Part shown: piece by piece, positions 1 through 9,480 of the stretch | Layout of the letters: each line of letters starts with the position of its first letter | How positions within the stretch are numbered: the first letter of the stretch is position 1 | Translations under genes and position numbers: made by a program | Source: Polyangiales bacterium | GTDB taxonomy: Bacteria > Myxococcota_A > Polyangia > Polyangiales > Polyangiaceae | Length of the DNA: 64,000 nt | Assembly (NCBI GenBank): GCA_038230375.1 | Contig: JBBRNJ010000005.1 | Span: 128,001 to 192,000 of the forward strand | Direction of reading: 5' to 3' | Notes under the pieces: model-generated | What the model was told of the DNA's origin: nothing | The model's input: the letters and a program-made list of their open reading frames with translations, nothing else | Database searches by the model: none

Positions 1-777
1 GTCGCGCAACATGCCGCCGGCCACGACGTGCAGGTGATCCTGAACGAGACCTTCCCTGGGGGGCAGGGTAACAGCAACTCGTCCGCCTTCACGTATCTCA
101 CGGGCAAGGGCGTCACCGTCAAGTACGCCCCGACCCGGTTCACGTTCACACACGCGAAGACCGTCGTCATCGACGGCACGGACGCGTGGATCATGACCAT
201 GAACACCACGCAGTCGTCGGCCTCATCCAATCGCGAGTTCCTCGTGCTCGACAAGGATCCGGCGGACGTGTCCGACGCAGAGAAGATCTTCGCGGCAGAC
301 ATGGCGAACCAGCCGCTCGTGCTTGTGACCAAGCTGGTCGTCTCACCGCAGGCGGACTCGGCGATCGACGCCCGCACGCGCATGATCACGGTCATCAACA
401 GCGCCACCAAGTCGCTGGATGTGATGGGTGAGGAGCTGAGCGACTTCTCCATCGAGAAGGCCCTTGTCGCCAGGCAGAAGGCGGGCATTTCGGTACGCGT
501 CGTCCTCTCGGGAAGCACCACGCCTTCGGTATCGCAGAACTCGGCGGTGGCATCCCTCAAGGGGGCAGGCATTCCGGTGAAGTCGATCACCAAGCCCGAC
601 ATGCATGCGAAGGCGATCGTGGCGGATGGGGTACGGGCATATGTTGGCTCGCAGAACTTCACCCTGACCTCGCTGAACACCAATCGTGAGCTCGGTGTCC
701 TGATCGGCAATCCGACCGAGATTGCAAAGGTCGAGGCCTCGTTCGCCGCCGACTTCGCGGCCGGAACCGCGCTCTAG
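1..777 (+). CDS. Phospholipase D superfamily protein (two HKD motifs), 5'-partial
   Basis: Frame is open from base 1; HAKTVVID and HAKAIVAD HxK(x)4D motifs, followed by GSQNFT...NRELG. Confidence 0.85.
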   Translation, partial: VAQHAAGHDVQVILNETFPGGQGNSNSSAFTYLTGKGVTVKYAPTRFTFTHAKTVVIDGTDAWIMTMNTTQSSASSNREFLVLDKDPADVSDAEKIFAADMANQPLVLVTKLVVSPQADSAIDARTRMITVINSATKSLDVMGEELSDFSIEKALVARQKAGISVRVVLSGSTTPSVSQNSAVASLKGAGIPVKSITKPDMHAKAIVADGVRAYVGSQNFTLTSLNTNRELGVLIGNPTEIAKVEASFAADFAAGTAL

Positions 778-864
778 AGCACCGGACGCGACGGCCGGAT
801 TCGTACGACGCCCCACCGGTGCCCTCGAAATAGGCGCTCGACAATTCTTGTTGTTCGCGGAAGG

Positions 865-1239
865 ATGCTGGCTATGGGCATTCGGCGCTTGCCGTCCCTC
901 TTGTCGGTCATCATCTTCGTTTCCGCCTCTGCGAGCGCGGTCGTCGGCTGCGAAGAGGCCGTACCGCAGAAGATCGTCCTCACGTCCGTGGGGGAGCAGG
1001 TCGAGCTCGTCTCCGAGCCGCCGAACGCGGACATCTACATCGAGATCGGCGAGGTCTCCGGCCGCGCGATGGCGGTGGAGAAGCACGACGCGTTCAACGC
1101 GGCACGGAACGCGCTGCGCAATGCGACGGCAGCGAAGAACGGCACCATCGTCCGCATCGATAACGTCGACGCCAAGGTCGCGTGGGACGTGGGCATGACG
1201 GTCGTCCTGGTCACAGGAACCGCCTACCGCACGAAGTAG
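865..1239 (+). CDS. Small lipoprotein, DUF4156/YbjQ-like
   Basis: Hydrophobic signal ending VVGC; NALRNATAAKNGTIV and TGTAY C-terminus typical of DUF4156-like proteins; start may be 874. Confidence 0.6.
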   Translation: MLAMGIRRLPSLLSVIIFVSASASAVVGCEEAVPQKIVLTSVGEQVELVSEPPNADIYIEIGEVSGRAMAVEKHDAFNAARNALRNATAAKNGTIVRIDNVDAKVAWDVGMTVVLVTGTAYRTK

Positions 1240-1251
1240 ACGCTCGCGCGG

Positions 1252-1956
1252 TTACTTGTCGAGCGCGGCGCGCATCGTGTCGCGCACGCCCATGATCTTG
1301 GCGACGGTATCCTCGCTGGCGCCAGATGCCTTGGCTTCGTCGATGGCGTCGGTGAGCTGCTTCACCTCGAGCTCCTGCCGCTCCTTCAGCTGCGCGACCA
1401 TGGCGGTGAACGCCTCGAAGAAGTCCTGGAGCTCGTCGCCCTTGCGCGGCCGTCTGTTGAAGTTGAGCCGACCTTCGCCGACCTGCTTCAACAGGCTCTT
1501 CATCATGTAGATGGGCCCGGCGACCTTGTGCGTGAAGTAGATGCCGAGCACACCGATGAGCACGACCATCAGCGTGAGGCCGCCGACCAGCGCCAGGAGC
1601 AGCGTCTTCTGCTGGCCCTCGAGCGCTCTCTGCTGCGCGAGGATCTTGTCGTCGTTGCCGCCGGCTGCCTCCGAGAACGCCTTCGCGAGCTCGGGGTCCG
1701 AGCCATAGATGGGATCGTTCTTGATCGACATCTTCACGACGTCGGAGACCTTCTTGCTCTCCTCCACGACCTTCGCGCCCTCTGCGACGACGGCCTTGCT
1801 CGTGACGAACAGGAAGGCTCCGAGTGGGACCGCGACCATCATCGACACGATGAGGATGAAGCTCGTGTACTTGAGCTGGAAGCGCGAGTCGATCAGGTAG
1901 TTCTTGACGCTACGCTTGTAGCGCGGCGGCGCGCCCGCGTTTGCCGAAGTCGTCAT
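1252..1956 (-). CDS. Two-TM membrane protein with HAMP domain and no output domain
   Basis: YLIDSRFQLKY, two TM segments, THKVAGPI..., HAMP-like GRLN...RKGDELQDFFEAFTAMV; start set at ATG 1956. Confidence 0.75.
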   Translation of the reverse strand: MTTSANAGAPPRYKRSVKNYLIDSRFQLKYTSFILIVSMMVAVPLGAFLFVTSKAVVAEGAKVVEESKKVSDVVKMSIKNDPIYGSDPELAKAFSEAAGGNDDKILAQQRALEGQQKTLLLALVGGLTLMVVLIGVLGIYFTHKVAGPIYMMKSLLKQVGEGRLNFNRRPRKGDELQDFFEAFTAMVAQLKERQELEVKQLTDAIDEAKASGASEDTVAKIMGVRDTMRAALDK

Positions 1957-2062
1957 GTGGAAATTGTACCCCTCCCGCACAGGCGGCGCGAAAAAGAATG
2001 GGAAAAAGAAGCTCTTATCGAAGTACGGCTAGAAGTGTTCACGGCGAGCGTCATGGAAATCT

Positions 2063-2938
2063 TCACAGGAACATCTGGGCGTTCTGAGCGAACTGATCGA
2101 ACGCGAGGGAGGCAGCGGTGTTGAGCAAGTTGTCTTCCGCCGCCTTGTCGCCTCTCCGCCCGACCGCCTGGGAGACGCCCTTGTCGAAGCTGCCCTTCAG
2201 CGCCTTGCCGGGGTAGCTCGACACGGCGACGCTCAGGCGCACCTTCAGCATGAGGCCGTTCGTGGGGTCGTCGACGTAGGACATGCTGACCTGCACGGAG
2301 ATGTAAAAGCCCGTCAGCTTCCGCTTCTGCATCACGCCACGCGCGCCATCCGCGGATTCCCCGGTGGGCGCGAACTGGAACGTGCCGGCCCCATCGAGCT
2401 TCGCGCGCATCGGCTTGATGACCAGGCCCTCGAGCTCATTGGCGCCGCGGGCGGTGTTGTTGGCGATGGCGTAGGCGACGTAGTACTTCGCGTTCGGATT
2501 GTCCGCTGCGGGAGGCGCGCCACCGCCCGGGTCGGTACCGGTGCCGCCACCGGCGGCCTCGATGGACTCGATGGCGCGCGTGATCCCGAGCTTCACGTCG
2601 TTGCTCGGCTCCGAGGAGAGACGACTGCGCAGACAGTTGAGCGCCGATGGTTTGTTCAGGCGCTTGAGCGCGCTCGCGATGGCGGTGCGCACGGCCTCCT
2701 TCTCGTCTGCGAGGGCCTCGCACAGGGACGCGACGGCCTTCGGGTGATCGTCATTGCCCGACTTCCCGCCGAGGGCAAGCGCCGCATTGAAGCGAACGCG
2801 GAAGTCGTCCGACTTGAGCTTCGACTGGAGGAACTCGACCGAGGGCCCATCGTCTGCGCGCGCTTCGGTCGGAGCGCCAGCGAACATCGCGAGCAACGCG
2901 ACGACGAGGACCACTGCGAACGAATGTCCTCTCGACAT
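2063..2938 (-). CDS. Secreted HEAT-repeat protein
   Basis: Signal peptide ending ARA; HEAT repeats (DDFRVRFNAALALG, DEKEAVRTAIASAL); start set at ATG 2938. Confidence 0.7.
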   Translation of the reverse strand: MSRGHSFAVVLVVALLAMFAGAPTEARADDGPSVEFLQSKLKSDDFRVRFNAALALGGKSGNDDHPKAVASLCEALADEKEAVRTAIASALKRLNKPSALNCLRSRLSSEPSNDVKLGITRAIESIEAAGGGTGTDPGGGAPPAADNPNAKYYVAYAIANNTARGANELEGLVIKPMRAKLDGAGTFQFAPTGESADGARGVMQKRKLTGFYISVQVSMSYVDDPTNGLMLKVRLSVAVSSYPGKALKGSFDKGVSQAVGRRGDKAAEDNLLNTAASLAFDQFAQNAQMFL

Positions 2939-3127
2939 GCTTCTCTTCACGGTATCACGCGCGTCTCTCAATTTCCTACCGACGAGTCTGTAGGACGGAG
3001 CGACCGGCAAACACCTTCAATCAAGTCGCGTCCCCCGGGCGGACGACACCAACCACTTCCGCGCCTCGCCCTCGCCCTCCGACCTCGACCCACACATCGC
3101 CCTTGCGCTGGCGTTCGCGTATGCTCC

Positions 3128-4897
3128 ATGGGCTTGAGCAGCTGCAGCACTCTCGTTCGGGCGTGGATGTGGGCGTTCTTGCTCGGCGTCCTCGTGTGCG
3201 TCGTTCCGCGACCGGCCGCGGCCGCGCGGGTTCGGGTTCATGGCACCGCAAAGCTCACCGTGGAGGTACTGCGCGGCGCCCCGACCACGATCACGGGGCT
3301 GCTTCGTGACGACACAGGAGCGCCGCTCGCGGGCGAGCGCGTGTCCGTGTCCGTGCAGCGCGAATCCGATCCGGGGGATGCGAATGTTCGCAAGGCGATG
3401 CGCGATGCGAAGCGATGCAGCGGCAACGAGCTCGTTCCGCTGGACGACGACTCGATGGTCCCGCGCACGGACGACGCGGGACGCTTCTGCGTGACGCTCA
3501 TGCTCTCCGCCGACGCCTATCGCCTTCGCGCGTCGTACGCGGGCGACAAGCTCACCGACGGCGTGAAGCTCAACCTCCCCATCGACCTTCGCCGCGCGCG
3601 CCTGCGTCTGGCGTTCGATCCCGAGCTTCACAGCGTGGCGCTCGAGGCGAAGACGGTCACGCTCGAAGCCACTGCCACCACGGACGAGAACGGCATCCTA
3701 GAGCCCGCGCCAAACAAGAGCATCGTGCTCTCTTCCGAGACAGGCGCCGAGCTCGCGCGCGAGTCCACGAACATGTCCGGGCGCGCGCGCTTCGTCGTGC
3801 AGACCACGCGCCTTGGGCCGCCAGGCAAGGGAGAGCTGCGCCTGATGTTCGTCGGCGACAGCGACACATCGCCGGCGGACGCACGGGCAGAGGTCGATCG
3901 CATCGCGCCGGTGGAGCTCTCGCTCGCATCGCCCGTGCCCGAAGGCGCCACCGACGAGGGCGTGCCCGCGGTCATCGACGTGAGCACCGTGGCCTCCGGA
4001 CCGGTACCAGAAGGCAGCGTCGAGGCACGGCTCGGGGACGTCGTCGTGGGCATGGCGCCCGTCACGTCGGGTCGAGCGCGCGTGCTTCTCACGTTCGCGT
4101 CGCATGGCTCTTCGTCGGTCGACGTTCACATGCGCTACGTGCCGGTGTCGCCGTTCTACCGCGCGCAGTCACGGCTCATCGTCAAGGTCACGCCCGGCAG
4201 CGGCAGCCTGTGGCGGCGTGCTCCGCTGGCGCTGCTTGCCGTGGTCGTCGCCGGGTTCCTGGTGCTGTTTCGCCGCCAGCAGCGGCAGGCGCCCAAGGTC
4301 GTCAACGCGAAGAAGGAGGAGCTCGGACCCATCGGACACGCTCGCGTCGACGTCGTCAAACCCGTGCAGTATGCACGCAGTGGCTGGACCGGAGAGGTGG
4401 TGGACGCGCACGAGGGCACGCCGGTGTCCGGCGCGGAGGTCCGCATCGAGCGACCGTCGTTCCACGCGCGCATGCCGCTGGCGCAGGCGCGGGCGGACGG
4501 GGCAGGGCGCTTCAAGCTCTCCCATGTGGACACGCTGCCCGGGGACCAGCTCGTCGTGTCGGGCCCGCTCCACTCGGAGCTCCCGACCACCGTGCCAGCA
4601 GAAGGCGAGCTGCGGATCGCGCTGGTGCTCCGAAAGCGCGCCATCCTCACGTCGCTCGTGAAGTGGGCGCGTGCCCGCGGGGGGGCCTATGACGGAAAGC
4701 CGGAGCCCACACCGGGCCTCGTGCGTCGCCTCGCATCGCACGACTACCGCACCGCCCGCTGGGCCGACGCGGTGGAGCGTGGCGCCTTCGACGCCGTCAC
4801 TGTGGACCGCGCGAAGGAGCGTGAGATCGAGGCGCTCCGCCCCGACGCCCCGGAACCAAGCGTGAAGGTCGGCGAGCAAACCGAACCCCACCGCTGA
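3128..4897 (+). CDS. Membrane-anchored protein with Ig-like/carboxypeptidase-regulatory-like domains
   Basis: Signal peptide, beta-rich periplasmic region, TM helix, then GEVVDAHEGTPVSGAEV...ADGAGRF; start uncertain. Confidence 0.6.
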   Translation: MGLSSCSTLVRAWMWAFLLGVLVCVVPRPAAAARVRVHGTAKLTVEVLRGAPTTITGLLRDDTGAPLAGERVSVSVQRESDPGDANVRKAMRDAKRCSGNELVPLDDDSMVPRTDDAGRFCVTLMLSADAYRLRASYAGDKLTDGVKLNLPIDLRRARLRLAFDPELHSVALEAKTVTLEATATTDENGILEPAPNKSIVLSSETGAELARESTNMSGRARFVVQTTRLGPPGKGELRLMFVGDSDTSPADARAEVDRIAPVELSLASPVPEGATDEGVPAVIDVSTVASGPVPEGSVEARLGDVVVGMAPVTSGRARVLLTFASHGSSSVDVHMRYVPVSPFYRAQSRLIVKVTPGSGSLWRRAPLALLAVVVAGFLVLFRRQQRQAPKVVNAKKEELGPIGHARVDVVKPVQYARSGWTGEVVDAHEGTPVSGAEVRIERPSFHARMPLAQARADGAGRFKLSHVDTLPGDQLVVSGPLHSELPTTVPAEGELRIALVLRKRAILTSLVKWARARGGAYDGKPEPTPGLVRRLASHDYRTARWADAVERGAFDAVTVDRAKEREIEALRPDAPEPSVKVGEQTEPHR

Positions 4898-5035
4898 GAG
4901 CTTCGCCGCACCCCAAAACCTGCCGTTCTTCCGTACTTCTTGTCGATTCCTTCTCCTCGGTAGGTGCTGGTCGACACCGGTCTTCTAGATCGCGTATAAC
5001 GGGCCGCGCCGAACGCGCTTCGGAGGCGGGTAGAA

Positions 5036-6325
5036 ATGGGTTCACTTGGGATTATCGTCGTGGTCGGCCTGGTCATCGCAGCGCTGGTGTACTTCTTCGT
5101 CCTGAAGAAGGCGCCTGAGGCGCTGCCGGAGAAGGCCGAAGGCGCGTCCAAGCCCGCCGCGGACAAGAAGGACGCGTCAAGCGCGGACGCGAAGCCCGAC
5201 TCGAAGAAGGGCGACGCGCCGAAGAAGGCCGACGGCAAGGCGAGCGAGCTCCAGGACATCCGCGTCGACACGGAGTCGCTCGTACCGCCGAAGAAGTTCG
5301 TTCCGCCGGCGGAGGCGCTCTCCTCGTCGAACCTCCAGTCGGAGCCGAGCCAACCGACCCCGTCCAAGCGCGCGAAGAAGGACATCGCCGGGCTGCGCAA
5401 GGGGCTCACGGCATCACGGACAGGCTTCATTGCCAAGCTGACCGCCATCTTCAGCGGGAAAAAGGAGATCGATCCCGCGATCCTCGAGCAAATGGAGGAG
5501 GTCATGCTGACGTCCGACGTTGGCGTGAAGACCACCCAGGTGATCCTCGGGCGGCTGCGCGAGAGCCTCCAGAAGAACGAGCTCGCGGACGAGGCTGCCG
5601 TGCGAAACGCGCTGAAGCGCGAGGCCCTGCGCATTCTCACGCTCGATGGCCAACGCGACAAGGGACCGCTGTCCCTGAGCACACAGCGTCCCCTCGTCGT
5701 CCTCATGGTCGGCGTCAACGGCGTTGGCAAGACCACCACCATCGGCAAGCTCGCCACGCGCTTCACGGCGGACGGCAAGAAGGTCATGCTCGCCGCGGGC
5801 GATACCTTCCGCGCTGCGGCCGTCCAGCAGCTCGAGGTCTGGGGCAAGCGCGTCGGCGCGGAGGTCGTCAGGGGCAAGGAGGGCGCAGACCCGGGCGCCG
5901 TTGCCTACGAGGCCACGACCAAGGCGCGCGAAGCAGGGGCAGACACGCTCTTCGTCGACACGGCCGGGCGCCTCCACACCAAGGTCCCGCTGATGGACGA
6001 GATCAAGAAGGTCAAGAAGACCATCAACAAGGCGTTCGAGAGCGCCCCCCACGAGACACTCCTCGTGCTCGACGCGACGACCGGTCAGAACGCGTTGACG
6101 CAGGCCCAGATGTTCAAGGACGCGATCGACCTCACCGGCATCGTCCTCACCAAGCTGGACGGCACCGCGAAGGGCGGCATCGTCCTCGCCATCGCCGACG
6201 AGCTCCAGATACCGGTCCGGTACATTGGCCTCGGCGAACGGGCGGAGGATCTCCGTGAGTTCTCCGCCGAGGATTTCGTGGAGGCGCTCTTCGGTACGGA
6301 TGACGACGAACAGCGCGCGGCCTAA
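5036..6325 (+). CDS. ftsY: Signal recognition particle receptor FtsY
   Basis: GVNGVGKTTTIGKLA, AGDTFRAAA, DTAGRL, TKLDGTAKGG SRP-GTPase motifs. Confidence 0.97.
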   Translation: MGSLGIIVVVGLVIAALVYFFVLKKAPEALPEKAEGASKPAADKKDASSADAKPDSKKGDAPKKADGKASELQDIRVDTESLVPPKKFVPPAEALSSSNLQSEPSQPTPSKRAKKDIAGLRKGLTASRTGFIAKLTAIFSGKKEIDPAILEQMEEVMLTSDVGVKTTQVILGRLRESLQKNELADEAAVRNALKREALRILTLDGQRDKGPLSLSTQRPLVVLMVGVNGVGKTTTIGKLATRFTADGKKVMLAAGDTFRAAAVQQLEVWGKRVGAEVVRGKEGADPGAVAYEATTKAREAGADTLFVDTAGRLHTKVPLMDEIKKVKKTINKAFESAPHETLLVLDATTGQNALTQAQMFKDAIDLTGIVLTKLDGTAKGGIVLAIADELQIPVRYIGLGERAEDLREFSAEDFVEALFGTDDDEQRAA

Positions 6326-6467
6326 ACCTCCAATTCGCGTCCCACAGGTATTTTCATTGTTTACCTGAGGTTCTGCATGTTAGAGTGCGCAGCGCTTTCG
6401 CGGTTAGCTGATTTCCCCAATTTTAATAACGAGTTACGTGCGCGATCTGGATGCGGAAGGGGCAGCG

Positions 6468-7511
6468 ATGAAGCAGGCGACGAAGGGGCTTCTTCTCGGG
6501 GTGATCTCGGCGGCAATGGCAGCGACCCTGCTGATGTCCACGCCGGCATTTGCTCAGAAAAAGAAGCCCGGCGGTGGCACCGGTGCGGCACCAGCCCCCC
6601 CCACGCCTCCGGCACCTGCCGGAGCCGGCGGTAGCGATATCGAGATCGACGATCCGAACACCCCCAAGGCCCCGACCGATCCCGCCGGAGGCACAACGCC
6701 CCCCGCTGGTGGTACGGACCCGGCAGCTGGCGGAACGGGCGGCGCGGGTGCGACCGGGGGTGCCGGCGGCATCTGCGAGATCGATCCCTCCGCGTGTCCC
6801 AAGGGTGGAGACATCAAGGCGGCCGCTGGCAAGGATGTCGCGGCTGAGGTCTACGCCGTCCAGCAGATCTACGCGCTTCGCTACCATCGCTTCGAGCTCA
6901 TGCCCTACTGGGCGCTGACCTTGAACGACCAGTTCGTCAACCACCCGGGGCCCGGTCTCGGCGCGAACTTCTACATCACGAACGTCCTCGCGGTCGGCAT
7001 CTCGGGCACCTTCTATCAAGGCCTGAACGCGGACTCGGACTTCAACTTCCAGAACCGCCGCGCGACCCGCGTCGCAGTGCCGCTGAACGAGTACCAGTAC
7101 AACGCGAACCTGAACGTTTCGTACGTGCCGATCTACGGCAAGTTCGCCGGGTTCTCGGACTTCATCTTCCACTACGATCTCTACACGGTCGCCGGCCTGG
7201 GCATTCTCTCCACGCGCCCCATCCCCGTCATCGACCCTGACAACCGCAACTTCGCGTTCGAGGCCAAGCTGGCCTTCAACGCTGGCCTTGGTCTCCGCAT
7301 CTTCTTCAATCGGTGGTTCGCTGCTGACCTCGAGATCCGCGACTACATCTACAACGAGAAGCTGGAGTCGCTCACCCTCGCGCCGACCCAGGCGCAACAG
7401 CAAGACAAGGGCACCTGGTTCGGCGAGAGCAAGATCACCAACAACGTCCAGGCCCAGCTTGGCGTCAGCGTGTTCTTGCCCTTCAGCTGGGAATACCGGT
7501 TGCCGAAATGA
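6468..7511 (+). CDS. Outer-membrane beta-barrel protein, GltA/GltB (myxobacterial OMP) family
   Basis: Signal peptide AFA|Q, long Pro/Gly linker, VYAVQ...RFEL...LNDQF, alternating beta-strands ending GVSVFLPF; tandem paralog; near gltC. Confidence 0.75.
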   Translation: MKQATKGLLLGVISAAMAATLLMSTPAFAQKKKPGGGTGAAPAPPTPPAPAGAGGSDIEIDDPNTPKAPTDPAGGTTPPAGGTDPAAGGTGGAGATGGAGGICEIDPSACPKGGDIKAAAGKDVAAEVYAVQQIYALRYHRFELMPYWALTLNDQFVNHPGPGLGANFYITNVLAVGISGTFYQGLNADSDFNFQNRRATRVAVPLNEYQYNANLNVSYVPIYGKFAGFSDFIFHYDLYTVAGLGILSTRPIPVIDPDNRNFAFEAKLAFNAGLGLRIFFNRWFAADLEIRDYIYNEKLESLTLAPTQAQQQDKGTWFGESKITNNVQAQLGVSVFLPFSWEYRLPK

Positions 7512-8476
7512 GCCGCGCCATGAACACCAAGCGACTCTCGAGCCGAACGAGGACGAGCATGCAGACCCGCCAAACGCGTTTCTTCTCAGGCGCGTTGCTG
7601 AGAGTGAGCGCCGCCGCGGCCGTTCTTGGCGCGACCGCGTACGCCACCCCCGCCGCCGCACAAGAGATCCAGATCACGGGTCCGCTGGCCGGTGCGCCCG
7701 CAGTTCGCAAGGAGCGCCTCCACCGCGACGGTCGCTTCGAGCTGGCGCCGCAGTTCGCGTTCTCCCTCCTCGATGAGTACCGGCAGACGCATGCCCTCGG
7801 CACCACGCTGCACTACAACATCAAGGACTACCTCTCCGTCGGCGTGTTCGGTTTCTTCGCGCTGTTCAACCCCACCACGGACCTCACCGACCAGATCGAC
7901 AAGGTCGCCAATCGCAACTCGCGCACGGCGCCGAACGTCAATCACAAGGGCACTGGCACTGGGGCCGATCCGTTCACGAACGGCAGCTTCGCCGACCAGA
8001 CCACGAAGATTTCGTTCTTCGCGGGGCCGCAGGCGCAGTTCGCACCGTTCCGCGGCAAGATCGCGCTCTTCCAGAAGCTCTTCGTCGACACCGATCTCTA
8101 CATCCACGGCGGCATTGCGTTCGTCGGACTGCAGGAGCGCGGGGACTGCGGCGGCGGCGGAAGCCAGAAGAGCTGCACGGATCCGGACTCCTTCAAGCTA
8201 CAGGGTCGCACCGCGATCACGGGCACCGGCGGCCTCGGCCTCTCGTTCTACACGAACAAGGGCATCGGCTTTCGCGCCGAGTACCGCGCCCTACCGTTCT
8301 CCTGGAACCGCCCGGGCTTCGACTCGCGCGGCGCCGGCACGGATGGCAAGTTCCCGAACCTCCAGGCCACGGGCACCGCCGTCGTCGACGGGAAGGATCA
8401 GACCTTCAAGTGGAACCAGTTCGTGACCATCGGCGTTGTCGTGGCGTTCCCCTGGGAAACCAAGATCTCGGAGTAG
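7508..8476 (+). CDS. Outer-membrane beta-barrel protein, GltA/GltB family (second paralog)
   Basis: ATGA overlap with upstream gene; GRFELAP...DEY, APFRGKIALF, C-terminal strand IGVVVAFP; start could be 7520 or 7559. Confidence 0.75.
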   Translation: MSRAMNTKRLSSRTRTSMQTRQTRFFSGALLRVSAAAAVLGATAYATPAAAQEIQITGPLAGAPAVRKERLHRDGRFELAPQFAFSLLDEYRQTHALGTTLHYNIKDYLSVGVFGFFALFNPTTDLTDQIDKVANRNSRTAPNVNHKGTGTGADPFTNGSFADQTTKISFFAGPQAQFAPFRGKIALFQKLFVDTDLYIHGGIAFVGLQERGDCGGGGSQKSCTDPDSFKLQGRTAITGTGGLGLSFYTNKGIGFRAEYRALPFSWNRPGFDSRGAGTDGKFPNLQATGTAVVDGKDQTFKWNQFVTIGVVVAFPWETKISE

Positions 8477-8507
8477 CCAGGCGGAGAGCACTCCGCCCTG
8501 GATGACG

Positions 8508-8545
8508 AAAAGGCCGGAAGGGCGAGCTGCCCGACCGGCCTTTTT
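8508..8545. terminator. Bidirectional intrinsic terminator
   Basis: AAAAGGCCGG...CCGGCCTTTTT hairpin between convergent genes; a second hairpin at 8477-8501. Confidence 0.8.
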
Positions 8546-8567
8546 CTTGCGCTCGAAACGCGTGAGG

Positions 8568-9308
8568 TCAGCGCTTGAGGACCTTGCCTTCGCCGTCGAT
8601 CGTGTAGGCGGGGGGTAGCGCTTTGCGCATGGCGGTGCGCTCTTCTTCTGGGATCACGAAGCCGCGCTCTGCGAACGCGTCTGCGATCTTGTTGCGGACG
8701 CGGACGCTCTCTTCTTCGGGGAACATCTTGCGGAGCGGCTCCTCGACCCGTGGGTCCTTCTGCACGAGCAGCGTGACGGCTGCGTGGAAGCGCGCGGGCT
8801 CGTTCACGTCCTCGAGGAAGGGAATGACCGCGTCGACGATCTCCGGGGCCTTGTAGTCCTCCAGCGCGACCAGGAGCTGGATCTTTGGATCGATGAACTT
8901 GGAGTACTCCGTGTCCCAGCGAGCGAGCCACACCAGGAGCTCCTTCACGAGCGCGTCTTCGTCCAGGATCTCCTTCAGGATGCGCATGGGCCACGCCAGG
9001 CTCTCCGCCTTGGCGGCGTACGCGCGGACCGGGACGATCGCATCCGCGCCTGCCTTCAGGATGCCCTGGTACGCGAGGTCCTTCTCTTCCTGATCCGTGA
9101 TGGAGGGATCGGAGGTGAAGTTGAAGCGGCGAAGCAGCGCCTCTGCGGCATCTGCAGTTCCCATGGCGGAGAGCTCCTGAAGCGCCTCCTGACGGTCGTA
9201 GTTCTGCGCCCGCTTGTTGCCTGCTGCCTCCGCCCACTTCGCGGCGGCGTTGCCCTTTGGCTTTTCCCCGCCCTTGTCTTTTCCGCGGAACAAATCGAAT
9301 AGACCCAT
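8568..9308 (-). CDS. HEAT-repeat protein
   Basis: Helical HEAT-like repeats (DVNEPARFHAAVTL, EESVRVRNKIADAF); amphipathic MGLFDLF N-terminus. Confidence 0.75.
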   Translation of the reverse strand: MGLFDLFRGKDKGGEKPKGNAAAKWAEAAGNKRAQNYDRQEALQELSAMGTADAAEALLRRFNFTSDPSITDQEEKDLAYQGILKAGADAIVPVRAYAAKAESLAWPMRILKEILDEDALVKELLVWLARWDTEYSKFIDPKIQLLVALEDYKAPEIVDAVIPFLEDVNEPARFHAAVTLLVQKDPRVEEPLRKMFPEEESVRVRNKIADAFAERGFVIPEEERTAMRKALPPAYTIDGEGKVLKR

Positions 9309-9480
9309 GGGATACGCAGACTCCTGACGAGATGATCTAGCTCAAAAAACAGGCTGCCCACGCATGAAGCGAGGACAGCCCGAATGTGGTCACGAAGTGG
9401 CGTGGGTCAATTGCCCAGAGAGACTTGTGGAGCGCCTTGCGTGCTTGCGTTCACGCATTCACGTAGCATGCTCCGTGAAT

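Noticed and set aside
1..777. PLD gene as a defence nuclease
   Set aside because: Gene is partial, has two HKD motifs, and has no helicase or methylase neighbours in the window
5036..5110. N-terminal TM anchor on FtsY as a novelty
   Set aside because: Membrane-anchored FtsY variants are known in several bacterial groups
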